From Lachnospiraceae bacterium (GTDB lineage Bacteria > Bacillota > Clostridia > Lachnospirales > Lachnospiraceae), in contig JAKSPC010000003.1 of the NCBI GenBank assembly GCA_024405155.1, positions 24,846-88,845 on the forward strand: a DNA stretch of 64,000 nt. The letters run 5' to 3'. Position numbers and translations under genes: made by a program. Shown here piece after piece: positions 10,959 through 20,271 of the stretch. Position 1 is the first letter of the stretch, and the number at the start of each line of letters is the position of its first letter. The notes below the pieces were generated by a model. The model had not been told where the DNA came from. It saw only the letters and a list, made by a program, of their open reading frames with translations, and ran no database searches.

Positions 10959-11840
10959 ATGAACAGAAAAAGCATCGGTTTTATCATTGCCATCGTTTCC
11001 GCCGTCATTTACGGGCTGGTCCCGCTTCTCACAAGGACCATCTACGAAAGCGGCAGCAACTCTCTTACCGTCGCTTTCTTAAGATTCGTGGTCTGCACCC
11101 TTGTGTTCTATATTGCTCACCGGCTCACCTCCGAAGGGTCCATCGGCATATCGAAAGAAGAACTGCCGAAGCTTCTGGTGGTCGGCGCCAGTTTCGGCTT
11201 CGTTCCTGTCCTTCTCTATACTTCGTACAATTATCTTGCCACGGGACTTGCCACCACGCTGCACTTCGTCTACCCCGTTTTCGTCGTCCTGGGAAGTATC
11301 CTTTTCAAAATCGAAAAGCCCACAAAAAACAAGCTCATCTGCTGTGTCCTCTGCATGGCCGGTATCGTTGCCTTCTATACCCCCGGCGGAGACATCAGCA
11401 TCCCGGGCATACTGATCGCGCTGGCAAGCGGCATCCTTTATGCCTTCTATACCGTGTATCTTACATCTTCCGGTCTTCTTGACATGGATCCCTACAAGCT
11501 TTCCTTCTGGAAATGCCTGTTTGCCATGATCCTTATTTTTATCGTGACCGCGGCAATGGGAAAAGTCTCCCTTCCCGGTACGGCGAAAGGCTGGATCTTT
11601 ATGCTTCTTTTAGGTATTGCCACTGCCGCGGCCAGTTTTCTGTATCAGGAGGCGGCCCGCCGGGCCGGCGCACAGAACACGGCAATGCTTTCCACCTTTG
11701 AGCCTCTTACCAGCGTGATCGTAGGGTACTTTGCCTTCGGCGAGCAGATCACGGCAAGGAGCGCCGTGGGCATCGTGTGCATCCTTCTGTCTGTCATCCT
11801 TTTAGGATGGGAAGGAAAACGTTCCGACCATGCTGAATGA
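10959..11840 (+). CDS. EamA/DMT-family transporter
   Basis: About 10 hydrophobic segments with a duplicated EamA-like architecture. Start set at MNRKSIGF (GAGG upstream). Confidence 0.8.
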   Translation: MNRKSIGFIIAIVSAVIYGLVPLLTRTIYESGSNSLTVAFLRFVVCTLVFYIAHRLTSEGSIGISKEELPKLLVVGASFGFVPVLLYTSYNYLATGLATTLHFVYPVFVVLGSILFKIEKPTKNKLICCVLCMAGIVAFYTPGGDISIPGILIALASGILYAFYTVYLTSSGLLDMDPYKLSFWKCLFAMILIFIVTAAMGKVSLPGTAKGWIFMLLLGIATAAASFLYQEAARRAGAQNTAMLSTFEPLTSVIVGYFAFGEQITARSAVGIVCILLSVILLGWEGKRSDHAE

Positions 11841-12504
11841 TCCGAAAACAATCACAGAGCCGCTGCCGGAGGGCCTCTCTCTGAAAATGACGGAGGTCGG
11901 TCTGTCTCTTCTGGGAAACGGTCTTTCGCTGACGGCGGATCTTTCCGAAATGATCCCCCGCATTAAAAAAGGAGTTCTGGGAAAGGAACTCCTGATAAAA
12001 GCCGCCAGGATCAGGGGAAAAGAACATCCCACGGTCCTTGACGCCACGGCCGGATTCGGTCAGGATTCTCTGCTGCTTTCCGCGGCAGGTTTTCAGGTCT
12101 TCCTTTACGAATATGATCCCGTGATCTCTGCCCTTCTTGCCGATGCGCTTTTCAGGGCAAAAGACGTTCCGGAACTGTCAGAAGCCGTTTCCCGCATGAC
12201 CCTATATAAAGAAGACAGCATCTCTGCCATGAAAGCGCTTTCCGAGGCACCGGATGTGATCTATCTGGATCCCATGTTTCCGAAAAGAAACAAGAGCGCG
12301 CTCATAAAAAAGAAATTCCAGCTCCTTCAGAAGCTGGAAAAACCATGTCCTGATGAGGAAGAACTGCTTTCGGCAGCTCTTCTTGCTCATCCCCATAAGA
12401 TCGTGATCAAGCGGCCGCTTAAGGGGCCGTTCCTGGCCGGGAGAAAACCGGACTACTCCCTGGAGGGAAAGGCGATCCGGTATGACTGCATCGTACTGGC
12501 CTGA
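11830..12504 (+). CDS. rsmJ: class I SAM-dependent methyltransferase, RsmJ-like (16S rRNA m2G1516)
   Basis: LDATAGFGQDSLLLSAAGFQVFLYEYDPV matches the RsmJ SAM-binding region. Overlaps the EamA gene by 11 nt. Confidence 0.72.
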   Translation: MLNDPKTITEPLPEGLSLKMTEVGLSLLGNGLSLTADLSEMIPRIKKGVLGKELLIKAARIRGKEHPTVLDATAGFGQDSLLLSAAGFQVFLYEYDPVISALLADALFRAKDVPELSEAVSRMTLYKEDSISAMKALSEAPDVIYLDPMFPKRNKSALIKKKFQLLQKLEKPCPDEEELLSAALLAHPHKIVIKRPLKGPFLAGRKPDYSLEGKAIRYDCIVLA

Positions 12505-12507
12505 ATC

Positions 12508-13461
12508 TTATTTTTCTTTTTTCTCTGAAAAATACTTCTGATACAATCCGTCCGCGATCTTCTCATATCTGTTTATCATGTAGAAACAGATCGCTTCCAC
12601 CACCGTCATCTGGAACAAAAAGAACCAGAAATATTTTCCCAGAGCAATGCAGACAAACAAAGCAACGGTGCGGATATTGTAGGTAAGTGCCGGTGCCAGT
12701 TTGATATATTTTACGCTTTCATTCAGATAGTCTTCCCTGAGACCTTCCGGCAGTTCCTTCCCGCATTTCTCCATGGCATCCAGAAGCCTCTCCATCCTCG
12801 GAGACTGGGCTTCCTGTGCTCTGGTAAACGTCCCGTATGCCCAGAGATAAAACAGTTCCCAGAACGGCGCTCCCTCTTCTTTTCTTTTTTTAAGTTTCGC
12901 CGCCACGTTTTTCGAACGGTCCAGTTCACTTCCGTAGGAATTTCTAAGAAAATACAGATGAAGATTCCTGTAATGATCTGCCATGGAACACTGGCGCCCT
13001 ACGCAGAAGATCCCGCAATAGATCACGATGGGAAAGATCACCCATCCCCAGGGTGTATTCGTAAAGGGAATGTATTCCTTGGAAAGCCGGCACGCCATGG
13101 CGATAAAGGCAGCTACATCAACCAGCGTATCGCAGCTTCCGTCCAGGAACCTTCCCAGAGGGCTCCTGTTGTTGGTAAGTCTTGCCACCTGACCGTCGCA
13201 GGTATCGAAGATCCCGGAAAAGAACAGAAGCACCATGCCCAGCAGGTTAAGCTTCCGGGAAGCGCTTCCCAGAAGGATGCCTCCGGTCACGCCAATGACC
13301 AGAGAAAGGACCGTGATCACGTTGGGCACGATACCCAGGCGGATGAAGATCCGCGAAAACACCATTGCCACAGGCTCCCAGAGATATTTATCAAGAAATC
13401 CGTCAACGTCATCCGCCTTTCTCGCGGCTTTTGTTTCCGTCATGATCTTATTGTTTGTCAT
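12508..13461 (-). CDS. CDP-alcohol phosphatidyltransferase family membrane protein
   Basis: Exact DG(x)2AR(x)8G(x)3D(x)3D motif (DGQVARLTNNRSPLGRFLDGSCD) plus multiple TM segments. Confidence 0.82.
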   Translation of the reverse strand: MTNNKIMTETKAARKADDVDGFLDKYLWEPVAMVFSRIFIRLGIVPNVITVLSLVIGVTGGILLGSASRKLNLLGMVLLFFSGIFDTCDGQVARLTNNRSPLGRFLDGSCDTLVDVAAFIAMACRLSKEYIPFTNTPWGWVIFPIVIYCGIFCVGRQCSMADHYRNLHLYFLRNSYGSELDRSKNVAAKLKKRKEEGAPFWELFYLWAYGTFTRAQEAQSPRMERLLDAMEKCGKELPEGLREDYLNESVKYIKLAPALTYNIRTVALFVCIALGKYFWFFLFQMTVVEAICFYMINRYEKIADGLYQKYFSEKKEK

Positions 13462-13535
13462 GCAATGTCACCTTCCTATGGGCGTACCACCCGATATGTT
13501 CCTTCCGTTCTGTCACTGAACAAGCTTCATATAAG

Positions 13536-13569
13536 CAAAGAAAAAGGACCCCTTCTTCAAAGGGTCCTT
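13536..13569 (-). terminator. rho-independent terminator after tRNA-Thr
   Basis: 8-bp stem AAGGACCC/GGGTCCTT (13544-13551 / 13562-13569), followed on the minus strand by a T-rich run. Confidence 0.7.
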
Positions 13570-13572
13570 CCA

Positions 13573-13645
13573 AGCTGGGGACGGGAATCGGACCCGTGAC
13601 CTCGTCATTACCAATGACGCGCTCTACCATCTGAGCTACTCCAGC
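13573..13645 (-). tRNA. tRNA-Thr (anticodon GGU)
   Basis: Hand-folded cloverleaf: acceptor GCTGGAG/CCCCAGC (one A.C mismatch), D arm GCTC..GAGC, anticodon stem CGTCA/TGACG with loop TTGGTAA, T arm ACGGG-TCCGATT-CCCGT. CCA is not encoded. Confidence 0.92.
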
Positions 13646-13656
13646 GCAGCCTCTGT

Positions 13657-13685
13657 ATAGTATCACAGAGGCGTAAAAACTGCAA
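13657..13685 (-). promoter_or_regulatory. sigma-70-type promoter for tRNA-Thr
   Basis: Minus strand TTGCAG-17 nt-TACTAT ends 11 nt before the tRNA 5' end. An A-rich UP-like tract lies upstream. Confidence 0.6.
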
Positions 13686-13711
13686 GTACTTTTTTTTGCA
13701 TTTTTTGTTTT

Positions 13712-13885
13712 TTAACGAAAACGATTTCTTTCCGCATCATAAACGTACCCGGCGTCAGCCATGAGCCTGGTGATCTCTGCTGCCTCAAGGCTCTCACTCC
13801 GGCAGAGTTCCCCGAAACTGTCATATTCATCCCTCAGCTTCATGTTGAGCCAGCTTAAAAGCATGTAAGGATCATTCGGTATCAT
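13712..13885 (-). CDS. DUF4250-like small protein (57 aa)
   Basis: Below the ORF-track length cutoff. My translation is MIPNDPYMLLSWLNMKLRDEYDSFGELCRSESLEAAEITRLMADAGYVYDAERNRFR. GGAGAG sits 4 nt upstream of the ATG. The pattern resembles DUF4250 as I remember it. Confidence 0.72.
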   Translation of the reverse strand: MIPNDPYMLLSWLNMKLRDEYDSFGELCRSESLEAAEITRLMADAGYVYDAERNRFR

Positions 13886-13896
13886 GCTGCTCTCCT

Positions 13897-15267
13897 TTAT
13901 AAATGCTTATACTTTCCTGCTTTGATCCCGTTTATGAGAACGTAATAGCAGAGCATCATGGCAGCGCCGCTGATCAGCCAGGAGGCGACTTCCGCATAGG
14001 AAATGGCACGGAAGCCGATCATGGGTGTGATCACGAAAGCAAACACGCAGCGGATCACCAGCTCCACGCCGGTCCCCACCATGGGGATCACCTTCCGCTT
14101 CAGGCTCTGGATGCTCATGCGGAAACTCATGGTCATGGTCTGTGCCCAGATGAAAAGCACTTCGATATTCAGCATGGTCTGCGCCATGAATACCACGCTG
14201 CCGTTATCCGTATTGGTGATCAGCTGTACGATCTTTCCGCCGAAAAAAAAGCACACCGCGTAAGTGAACACGTTGAACAGAGCGCTCAGGCCGATGCCGG
14301 TCCATATTCCTTTCGTGATCCTGTCATACTTTCTTGCGCCATAGTTCTGTGCGGCAAACGTTGCCACGGTATTGGCAATATTCACGGAAGGAATGGTTGC
14401 GAACATGCGGACTTTCTGTGCGGAAGCCTGGGCGATGATGGCATCGGATCCCAGGGAATTGATGGCACCCTGGATGGAAACGGATCCCACGGCAAAGATG
14501 GAATTGGTAATGGCTACGGAAATGCCTACCGGGAACATGTCCTTTATAATGGTGCCGGTGCCCCTGCATTCAGAAAGAGAGAACCGCATCTCCGGGAACA
14601 TCCGGAAGAAAAAGATGCCGGACAGTATCGCGGAAATGAGTTGTGAAAAGATCGTCGCATAAGCCGCACCTGCCACACCGAGTTTAAAAACAACGATGCA
14701 GAGATAGTCCAGAACGATATTTAACAGGGAACTGAAGATCAGGAAATACAGCGGGACTTTGGAATTCCCCAGTGCCCTGAACGCGCAGGCAAACACGTTA
14801 TAAGCGATCATGAAGGAAAGGCCCAGAATAATGATCACCGCATAACTTCTCGCGTTTTCATAAAGATCTGCCGGCGTATTGACGAACCGCATCAGCGGAT
14901 CGAGCGCCAGAAGAAAGACCAGGGTAAAGACGACTGCATACGCCGCGCAGATCTCGATCATGGCGATCAGAGTCTTTTTCGTCTTTTCCATATCGCCTTC
15001 TCCGAAGGCGTTGGAGATCAGGATGGCGTCTCCCATGATATAACCACGGGAGGCATAGTTGATGGCACTCACCACGGCAGCCGTGGCAGAAATGGCGGCA
15101 ATGGCGCTGTCTCCCAGCGTATAGCCGGCAATGGTCATGTCCACCATGCTGTACAGATCCTGGAACAAAGACCCCAGCATCATGGGAATGCCAAACAGAA
15201 GGAGGTTTTTTGCGATGGGGCCTTCCGTCATGTTGGTATAATTCTTGTTTGCTGATTTTGCACTCAT
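13897..15267 (-). CDS. MATE-family efflux transporter
   Basis: 456-aa ORF with 12 predicted hydrophobic segments and a MATE-like N-terminus (LLLFGIPMMLGSLFQDLYSMVD). Confidence 0.9.
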   Translation of the reverse strand: MSAKSANKNYTNMTEGPIAKNLLLFGIPMMLGSLFQDLYSMVDMTIAGYTLGDSAIAAISATAAVVSAINYASRGYIMGDAILISNAFGEGDMEKTKKTLIAMIEICAAYAVVFTLVFLLALDPLMRFVNTPADLYENARSYAVIIILGLSFMIAYNVFACAFRALGNSKVPLYFLIFSSLLNIVLDYLCIVVFKLGVAGAAYATIFSQLISAILSGIFFFRMFPEMRFSLSECRGTGTIIKDMFPVGISVAITNSIFAVGSVSIQGAINSLGSDAIIAQASAQKVRMFATIPSVNIANTVATFAAQNYGARKYDRITKGIWTGIGLSALFNVFTYAVCFFFGGKIVQLITNTDNGSVVFMAQTMLNIEVLFIWAQTMTMSFRMSIQSLKRKVIPMVGTGVELVIRCVFAFVITPMIGFRAISYAEVASWLISGAAMMLCYYVLINGIKAGKYKHL

Positions 15268-15268
15268 C

Positions 15269-16333
15269 TTATTTTCTTTCGGCGGTTATCTGCACCCACT
15301 CACCAAGGGATGTGACATCCTTTACCAGCCAGGAATCATTTTCTTCCATGGCTTTTTTTACATCTGCCGCGTATTCGGACAGAATGCCGGAGGTAATAAA
15401 CACTCCGCCGGGCCTCACCAGGCTGTCCACCACCCCTTTTTCGGAAAGGGCAATGATCACGGGAGCAAGGATATTGGCAACAGCCATGTCGAACGGTCCT
15501 TCCTCACGCACCGCCTGAAGCGCTTTTTCATCGCCGAGGATGTTGGCTGTAAACGCCTTCACGTTTTCGATCGCGTTCTGAAGGCAGTTTTCTTTCACCA
15601 CCGGTTCGCAGTCCGGATCCACGTCGAAGGCAAGGACCTTTCCGGCGCCGAGTCTGCTTGCTGCCATTGCGAGTATACCGCTTCCCGTGCCGATATCAAG
15701 CACTTTCGAACCGGGTTCACTGAATTTTTCAATGGCCGGAACGCAGAGTTTTGTGGTCTCGTGGGCTCCGGTGCCGAATGCCGTTCCGGGATCAATGACG
15801 ATAGTCTTTATTTCACCGCTCTTTACGGAAGCTTCGTATTCTTCCGGAACAGAAAGCCAGCTGGGAATGATCAGGATCTTCCCGATAAGGATCGGCCGGA
15901 AGAATTCTTTCCAGTTGTCCCTCCAGTCCGTTTCCTCCGTCTCTCCGGTGTCAATGGTCCCTTCGCCGATATCGGCAAAGGCGCGCATTTCTTTGAGACG
16001 TTCCCGGATCTCTTCCTCAAGGTTCCTTACTTCTTCCATAGTCCATATGCGGTCGTTGATCGTATAGGAATCATCCACGGTGCCCTGCATGGTCTCCTTC
16101 TTCCCGGGACCTTCTTCCGGGTCTTCCAGATGAAGATAAAAGCTCACGTCTGCCTTGCCGTCCGGATCGCTCATTTCCGGAAGGATGTCGATAAACTGCT
16201 TTTCGATATCCTCCGCAGACGGCATGATCCCGTCATCGATCTCTACGCCGCCCACGCCAAGCTCATTCAGCATGAGACTTACAAGATCCTCGGCTTCAGC
16301 CGTGGTATGTATGGTGTACTTCTTCCATTTCAT
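15269..16333 (-). CDS. prmA: ribosomal protein L11 methyltransferase
   Basis: MKWKKYTIHT start, IDPGTAFGTGAHETT and DIGTGSGILA motifs. Carries an acidic insertion relative to ~300-aa PrmA proteins. Confidence 0.92.
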   Translation of the reverse strand: MKWKKYTIHTTAEAEDLVSLMLNELGVGGVEIDDGIMPSAEDIEKQFIDILPEMSDPDGKADVSFYLHLEDPEEGPGKKETMQGTVDDSYTINDRIWTMEEVRNLEEEIRERLKEMRAFADIGEGTIDTGETEETDWRDNWKEFFRPILIGKILIIPSWLSVPEEYEASVKSGEIKTIVIDPGTAFGTGAHETTKLCVPAIEKFSEPGSKVLDIGTGSGILAMAASRLGAGKVLAFDVDPDCEPVVKENCLQNAIENVKAFTANILGDEKALQAVREEGPFDMAVANILAPVIIALSEKGVVDSLVRPGGVFITSGILSEYAADVKKAMEENDSWLVKDVTSLGEWVQITAERK

Positions 16334-16751
16334 TGCTTTTGTTTTCCTTTTTGGCCTTTCCCAGGGCGTCTGCCGTCCTTTCCGTGTAAAAGCCGAAGTA
16401 GTCTTTTTTCTTGTTTTTCCTGTACTGAATCAGCTTTTTGTTTTTGCACCATATGAGAGACGGAAACCCAACAAGCGGCAGATACAGCGGTCCCAGGATC
16501 AGAGACTGCAGAGAATGTCCGTATTCATGGTCCAGGATCCTTTTTGGTGCGCCCGCCGGTGTAAAAATGAAAAGTCCCAGGGAAAGCCCTTCTTCCTTTT
16601 CCCAGACTTTGTGAACGGCCAGACGATACCGTCCCGCTTTCCCGCGTGACACAAGAAATACGATCAGCCCACAAAAAGTCTGAGGCAGTCCCCAGGTGAA
16701 CTGGACTGCCGCAAACAATACATTACACAGAATGTTCAGTAGTTTCTTCAT
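16296..16751 (-). CDS. small membrane protein with HExxH motif (putative zincin, DUF3267-like)
   Basis: 151-aa ORF with two or three hydrophobic segments, HEYGH (HExxH) and a Lys-rich tail. Overlaps mrnC by 29 nt and prmA by 38 nt. Confidence 0.5.
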   Translation of the reverse strand: MKKLLNILCNVLFAAVQFTWGLPQTFCGLIVFLVSRGKAGRYRLAVHKVWEKEEGLSLGLFIFTPAGAPKRILDHEYGHSLQSLILGPLYLPLVGFPSLIWCKNKKLIQYRKNKKKDYFGFYTERTADALGKAKKENKSNEMEEVHHTYHG

Positions 16752-17121
16752 CGGAAAGACAGAGCAGCAAAAGCTCTTTCATCCTTTCATATTCCCCCTT
16801 CAGATACAGATATCCGAAGACGGCTTCCAGCCCTGTTGCCCTGCGGTAATCCAGGATGGACTGATGCCGTGCCGCCGTCATGGCCTTGGCATTCCTGCCT
16901 CGGTGAAATACAGCCAGCTCCTCTTCCGTAAAAATAGGTTCCAGCCTTGCCACAAACTGTGACTGCCGGCCGGCATTTACGGTGTCCGTCACCTTTTTGT
17001 GGAGCTTTTCCACACGCCCGGAACCATGTTCCAGCATATAAGTGCGGACCATCAGCTCAAATACGGCATCTCCCACATAGGCAAGCGTCAGCGCGTTTAC
17101 ATCCTTCAGGCTTTCTTCCAC
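16723..17121 (-). CDS. mrnC: Mini-ribonuclease 3
   Basis: LAYVGDAVFELMVR RNase III-like signature, ~130 aa, in the conserved position after cysS. Confidence 0.88.
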   Translation of the reverse strand: MEESLKDVNALTLAYVGDAVFELMVRTYMLEHGSGRVEKLHKKVTDTVNAGRQSQFVARLEPIFTEEELAVFHRGRNAKAMTAARHQSILDYRRATGLEAVFGYLYLKGEYERMKELLLLCLSDEETTEHSV

Positions 17122-18518
17122 TTTACGCCCTCTTTGGTATCTTCCAGAATAATGCCCATGGCCCCGAGTCTGTCACGGATCTCATCTGCCTTTGCCCAGT
17201 TCTTTTCTTTTCTGGCAGCCGTACGCTCTGCGATCAGTGCTTCCACTTCCGCATCCAGGTCTTCCGTCTTTCTCTCGGAGATCACACCCAGAACACCGTC
17301 GCAGAGAGTCCTGATCACGTCATACACATAGTCAACGTATGCTTTGGTGCTGTTTTCATCCGTCGTGGCATTGGCGATACGCACGATCTCATAGACTGCC
17401 GTGGAGGCATTGGCGGTGTTGTTGTCATCTTCCATGGCTTCTTCGAAGCTCTGAATAAATCCCTTTACCAGCTCCGTATTCTTCTTCTCTTCTTCCGTCA
17501 TCTCACTGCCCTTTGCGGTCTCTTTCAGGGTCTTGAGCTTATCCGTGCAGTTTAAGATCCTCTCATAGGATGCCTTTGCCTGTTCCATGACTTCCCGCGA
17601 GAAGTTCAGAGGCTGACGGTACTGTGCGCTTAAAATGAACAGACGGAGCACCATGGGATCATACTGTGCGGTAATGTCACGTACGGTAAAGAAGTTGCCC
17701 AGTGACTTGCTCATCTTGAGACCGTTGATGTTTAAGAATCCGTTGTGCATCCAGTAGCGGGAGAATTTCTTTCCGCTGGCAGATTCCGACTGAGCGATCT
17801 CATTTTCATGATGAGGGAAGATCAGATCCTCGCCGCCGGCGTGGATGTCAATGGTCTCACCCAGATACTTTTTGCTCATGACCGAGCACTCGATATGCCA
17901 TCCCGGTCTGCCGTCGCACCAGGGTGAGGGCCAGGAGGGCTCTCCTTCCTTTTTAGGCTTCCAGAGTACGAAATCATTGGGATCCTCTTTCTGTTCCTCG
18001 CCGGTCACCTTCAGATCCCTGAGGCCGGACATCATTTCATCCAGATCTTTTCCGGAAAGTTTTCCGTACTCTCTGTCCTTTGATACATCAAAGTATACGG
18101 TGCCGTCTTTCGCTACATAGGCAAATCCCTTGTCGATAAGCGTCTTTATCATCTCGATCATGCCGTCGATCTCTTTGGTCGCCTGGGGATGGGTGGTGGC
18201 AGGCTTCACGTTCATGTCGGACATGTCTTTTTTGCATTCCGCAATATATCTTTCGGAGATCACGGCGGGATCCACGCCCTCTTCGTTGGCCGCCTTGATG
18301 ATCTTATCATCCACGTCCGTAAAGTTGGACACGTAATTCACGTCATATCCCTTATACTCCAGGTATCTCCGGAACGCGTCAAAAACGATCATGGGTCTTG
18401 CGTTTCCGATATGGATCAGGTTGTACACGGTAGGTCCGCATACGTACATCCTGACCTTTCCGGGCTCGATCGTCTCCAGTTCCACTTTTCTTCTCTGCAT
18501 CGTATCAAAAATCTTCAT
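17106..18518 (-). CDS. cysS: cysteine--tRNA ligase
   Basis: 470-aa ORF with CGPTVYNLIHIGNAR (HIGH), KMSKSLGN (KMSKS) and zinc-ligand Cys/His residues. Confidence 0.96.
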   Translation of the reverse strand: MKIFDTMQRRKVELETIEPGKVRMYVCGPTVYNLIHIGNARPMIVFDAFRRYLEYKGYDVNYVSNFTDVDDKIIKAANEEGVDPAVISERYIAECKKDMSDMNVKPATTHPQATKEIDGMIEMIKTLIDKGFAYVAKDGTVYFDVSKDREYGKLSGKDLDEMMSGLRDLKVTGEEQKEDPNDFVLWKPKKEGEPSWPSPWCDGRPGWHIECSVMSKKYLGETIDIHAGGEDLIFPHHENEIAQSESASGKKFSRYWMHNGFLNINGLKMSKSLGNFFTVRDITAQYDPMVLRLFILSAQYRQPLNFSREVMEQAKASYERILNCTDKLKTLKETAKGSEMTEEEKKNTELVKGFIQSFEEAMEDDNNTANASTAVYEIVRIANATTDENSTKAYVDYVYDVIRTLCDGVLGVISERKTEDLDAEVEALIAERTAARKEKNWAKADEIRDRLGAMGIILEDTKEGVKWKKA

Positions 18519-18519
18519 T

Positions 18520-18993
18520 TTATTTCTCCTCTATCAGACATACGGCATGCGCGGCGATCCCTGATCCGTCCCCGGTAAAGCCCAGATGCTCTTCCGTTGT
18601 AGCTTTCACACTGACGAAAGAAGGATCGATGCCTGCGGCATCCGCGATATTTTTTCTCATTTCCTCTATGTAAGGCCGCAGTTTCGGCCTCTGGCACAGG
18701 ATGGTGGCATCAAGGTTCACGATGCGGTAACATCGTTCACTCAACAGATTCTCCACTCTCCGTAAAAGCTCTATGGAATCCGCCCCCAGATAAGTCTCGT
18801 CGTTATCCGGGAAATGAAGTCCGATATCCCCCAGCGCGGCCGCTCCCAGAAGGGCATCCATAACGGCATGCGTCAGGACGTCTGCGTCCGAATGTCCGTC
18901 CAGCCCTTTTTCAAAAGGCACGTCCACGCCTCCCAGGATCAGTTTTCTGCCCGGCACGAGCCTGTGCACATCATATCCGTGACCTATCCTCAT
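18520..18993 (-). CDS. ispF: 2-C-methyl-D-erythritol 2,4-cyclodiphosphate synthase
   Basis: [12 protein letters not shown] and [11 protein letters not shown] motifs. Start set at the ATG that forms an ATGA overlap with the upstream stop (18990-18993). Confidence 0.93.
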   Translation of the reverse strand: MRIGHGYDVHRLVPGRKLILGGVDVPFEKGLDGHSDADVLTHAVMDALLGAAALGDIGLHFPDNDETYLGADSIELLRRVENLLSERCYRIVNLDATILCQRPKLRPYIEEMRKNIADAAGIDPSFVSVKATTEEHLGFTGDGSGIAAHAVCLIEEK

Positions 18994-19922
18994 ATGATCA
19001 TCCTTAACTTTCCCTTGAGACACTCTGTCTCAATGCTGCGAAACTTTCCCAGTACCTCACCGTCCGTATGCACGAACAGTTCCTCCGGGAAGGAAACTTT
19101 TGCCCGGGTCGTACTGAAGAATTCCACCGTCTCCCCTTTCAGAAGACCCTTTTCTCCCTTTCCGCCCAGGATCACGGGGATCAGTTTGATGCGGGGCGAC
19201 GCATGGGCCACACATACCTCCAGTTTTCCGTCATTCCATTTGGCAGCCGGCGCGAATTTGAAACCGCCGCCTTCAAAAGGATGTACGTGAGCGGAAACGA
19301 AAAACGTGTGTTCAAAAGAATGTTCCTTTCCCCCGTCATCTGTAACGGTACAGGGGAGAAGTTTCGTCTTCAGGTATTCGATCACGCCGATGATCCCGTA
19401 GGAAAGCGTCGCAGCTCCCAGATTGGCGCAAAGCTTCTTAAAACGGGAACGATCCAGGTGCTCACAGGTGGCTGCGTCGAAACTGATGCCGGCACTGACG
19501 GCAAACCTTCTCTTTCTGCCGTCCGGAAGCGTCATCACGCCCACGTCAAGCTCCAGGATGCGTTTCCCCTCTGTCATGCTGATGGTATGGTCCAGCGTTT
19601 TATTTTCCACGCCCAGAGAACGGGAAAGATCATTTCCGGAACCTCCGGGGATAAATCCGAGCAGCATGCCGCTGTCAAGATCCAGTCCGTTCACTGCTTC
19701 GTTGGTCGTACCGTCACCGCCGATCACGATCAGCGAGCTTCCGTCGGTAAAGTGTTTCCCTTCGGTGAGCTCACGAACTTTCTGTTCCGCGTCGCCTTTA
19801 CCCGAAGTAAAATACACTTCATATTCCGCATGAATGCTTTTCAGATACTCTTCTGTACGATCCCAGATCTTCTGTCCGTGACCGGAACCGGATTTTGGAT
19901 TGACAATAAAATACCTAGCCAT
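18990..19922 (-). CDS. diacylglycerol/lipid kinase family protein (YegS/DagK-like)
   Basis: NPKSGSG and GGDGT motifs. Start set at [12 protein letters not shown] (GGAGG 8 nt upstream). Confidence 0.85.
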   Translation of the reverse strand: MARYFIVNPKSGSGHGQKIWDRTEEYLKSIHAEYEVYFTSGKGDAEQKVRELTEGKHFTDGSSLIVIGGDGTTNEAVNGLDLDSGMLLGFIPGGSGNDLSRSLGVENKTLDHTISMTEGKRILELDVGVMTLPDGRKRRFAVSAGISFDAATCEHLDRSRFKKLCANLGAATLSYGIIGVIEYLKTKLLPCTVTDDGGKEHSFEHTFFVSAHVHPFEGGGFKFAPAAKWNDGKLEVCVAHASPRIKLIPVILGGKGEKGLLKGETVEFFSTTRAKVSFPEELFVHTDGEVLGKFRSIETECLKGKLRMII

Positions 19923-20029
19923 GGCGCAAACCTCCAATGATGGATTATATCACGGAACCGCTCCTGTTATCCATAATTTTTTTTATTTTCACGGCCGTCA
20001 CGTTATTTTGATATTTTTTCACTTTCTGC

Positions 20030-20058
20030 TTGACAACCCGCGGCAATTTTACTATACT
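20030..20058 (+). promoter_or_regulatory. sigma-70-type promoter for tRNA-Val/tRNA-Met
   Basis: TTGACA-17 nt-TATACT, ending 21 nt before the tRNA-Val 5' end. Confidence 0.72.
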
Positions 20059-20079
20059 ACACAGGCACGTTAAGTGAAC

Positions 20080-20152
20080 GGGGTCTTAGCTCAGCTGGGA
20101 GAGCACCTGCCTTACAAGCAGGGGGTCACAGGTTCGAGCCCTGTAGGCCCCA
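20080..20152 (+). tRNA. tRNA-Val (anticodon UAC)
   Basis: Cloverleaf folded by hand: acceptor GGGGTCT/AGGCCCC, anticodon stem CCTGC/GCAGG with loop CTTACAA, T arm ACAGG-TTCGAGC-CCTGT. CCA is not encoded. Confidence 0.93.
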
Positions 20153-20155
20153 TAT

Positions 20156-20229
20156 GGCGAGATAGCTCAGTTGGCTAGAGCATGCGGTTCATACCCGCAG
20201 TGTCGAGGGTTCAAATCCCCCTCTCGCTA
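20156..20229 (+). tRNA. tRNA-Met (anticodon CAU; elongator-like, Ile2/lysidine type not excluded)
   Basis: Acceptor GGCGAGA/TCTCGCT, anticodon stem TGCGG/CCGCA with loop TTCATAC, TTCAAAT T-loop. Lies 3 nt after tRNA-Val. CCA is not encoded. Confidence 0.85.
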
Positions 20230-20236
20230 CTAAGAC

Positions 20237-20271
20237 AAAAGGCTGTTGAGTGATCAACAGCCTTTTCTTTT
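20237..20271. terminator. bidirectional rho-independent terminator
   Basis: Stem GGCTGTTGA/TCAACAGCC with GTGA loop, flanked by AAAA on one side and TTTTCTTTTTT on the other. It serves the plus-strand tRNA pair and the converging minus-strand operon. Confidence 0.78.

Noticed and set aside
19937-20011. 24-codon hydrophobic mini-ORF (MMDYITEPLLLSIIFFIFTAVTLF) in the divergent region between the lipid kinase gene and the tRNA promoter.
   Set aside because: It has no Shine-Dalgarno sequence on the plus strand. The region is the AT-rich promoter/UP-element DNA of the tRNA operon. It is too short to evaluate without conservation data.
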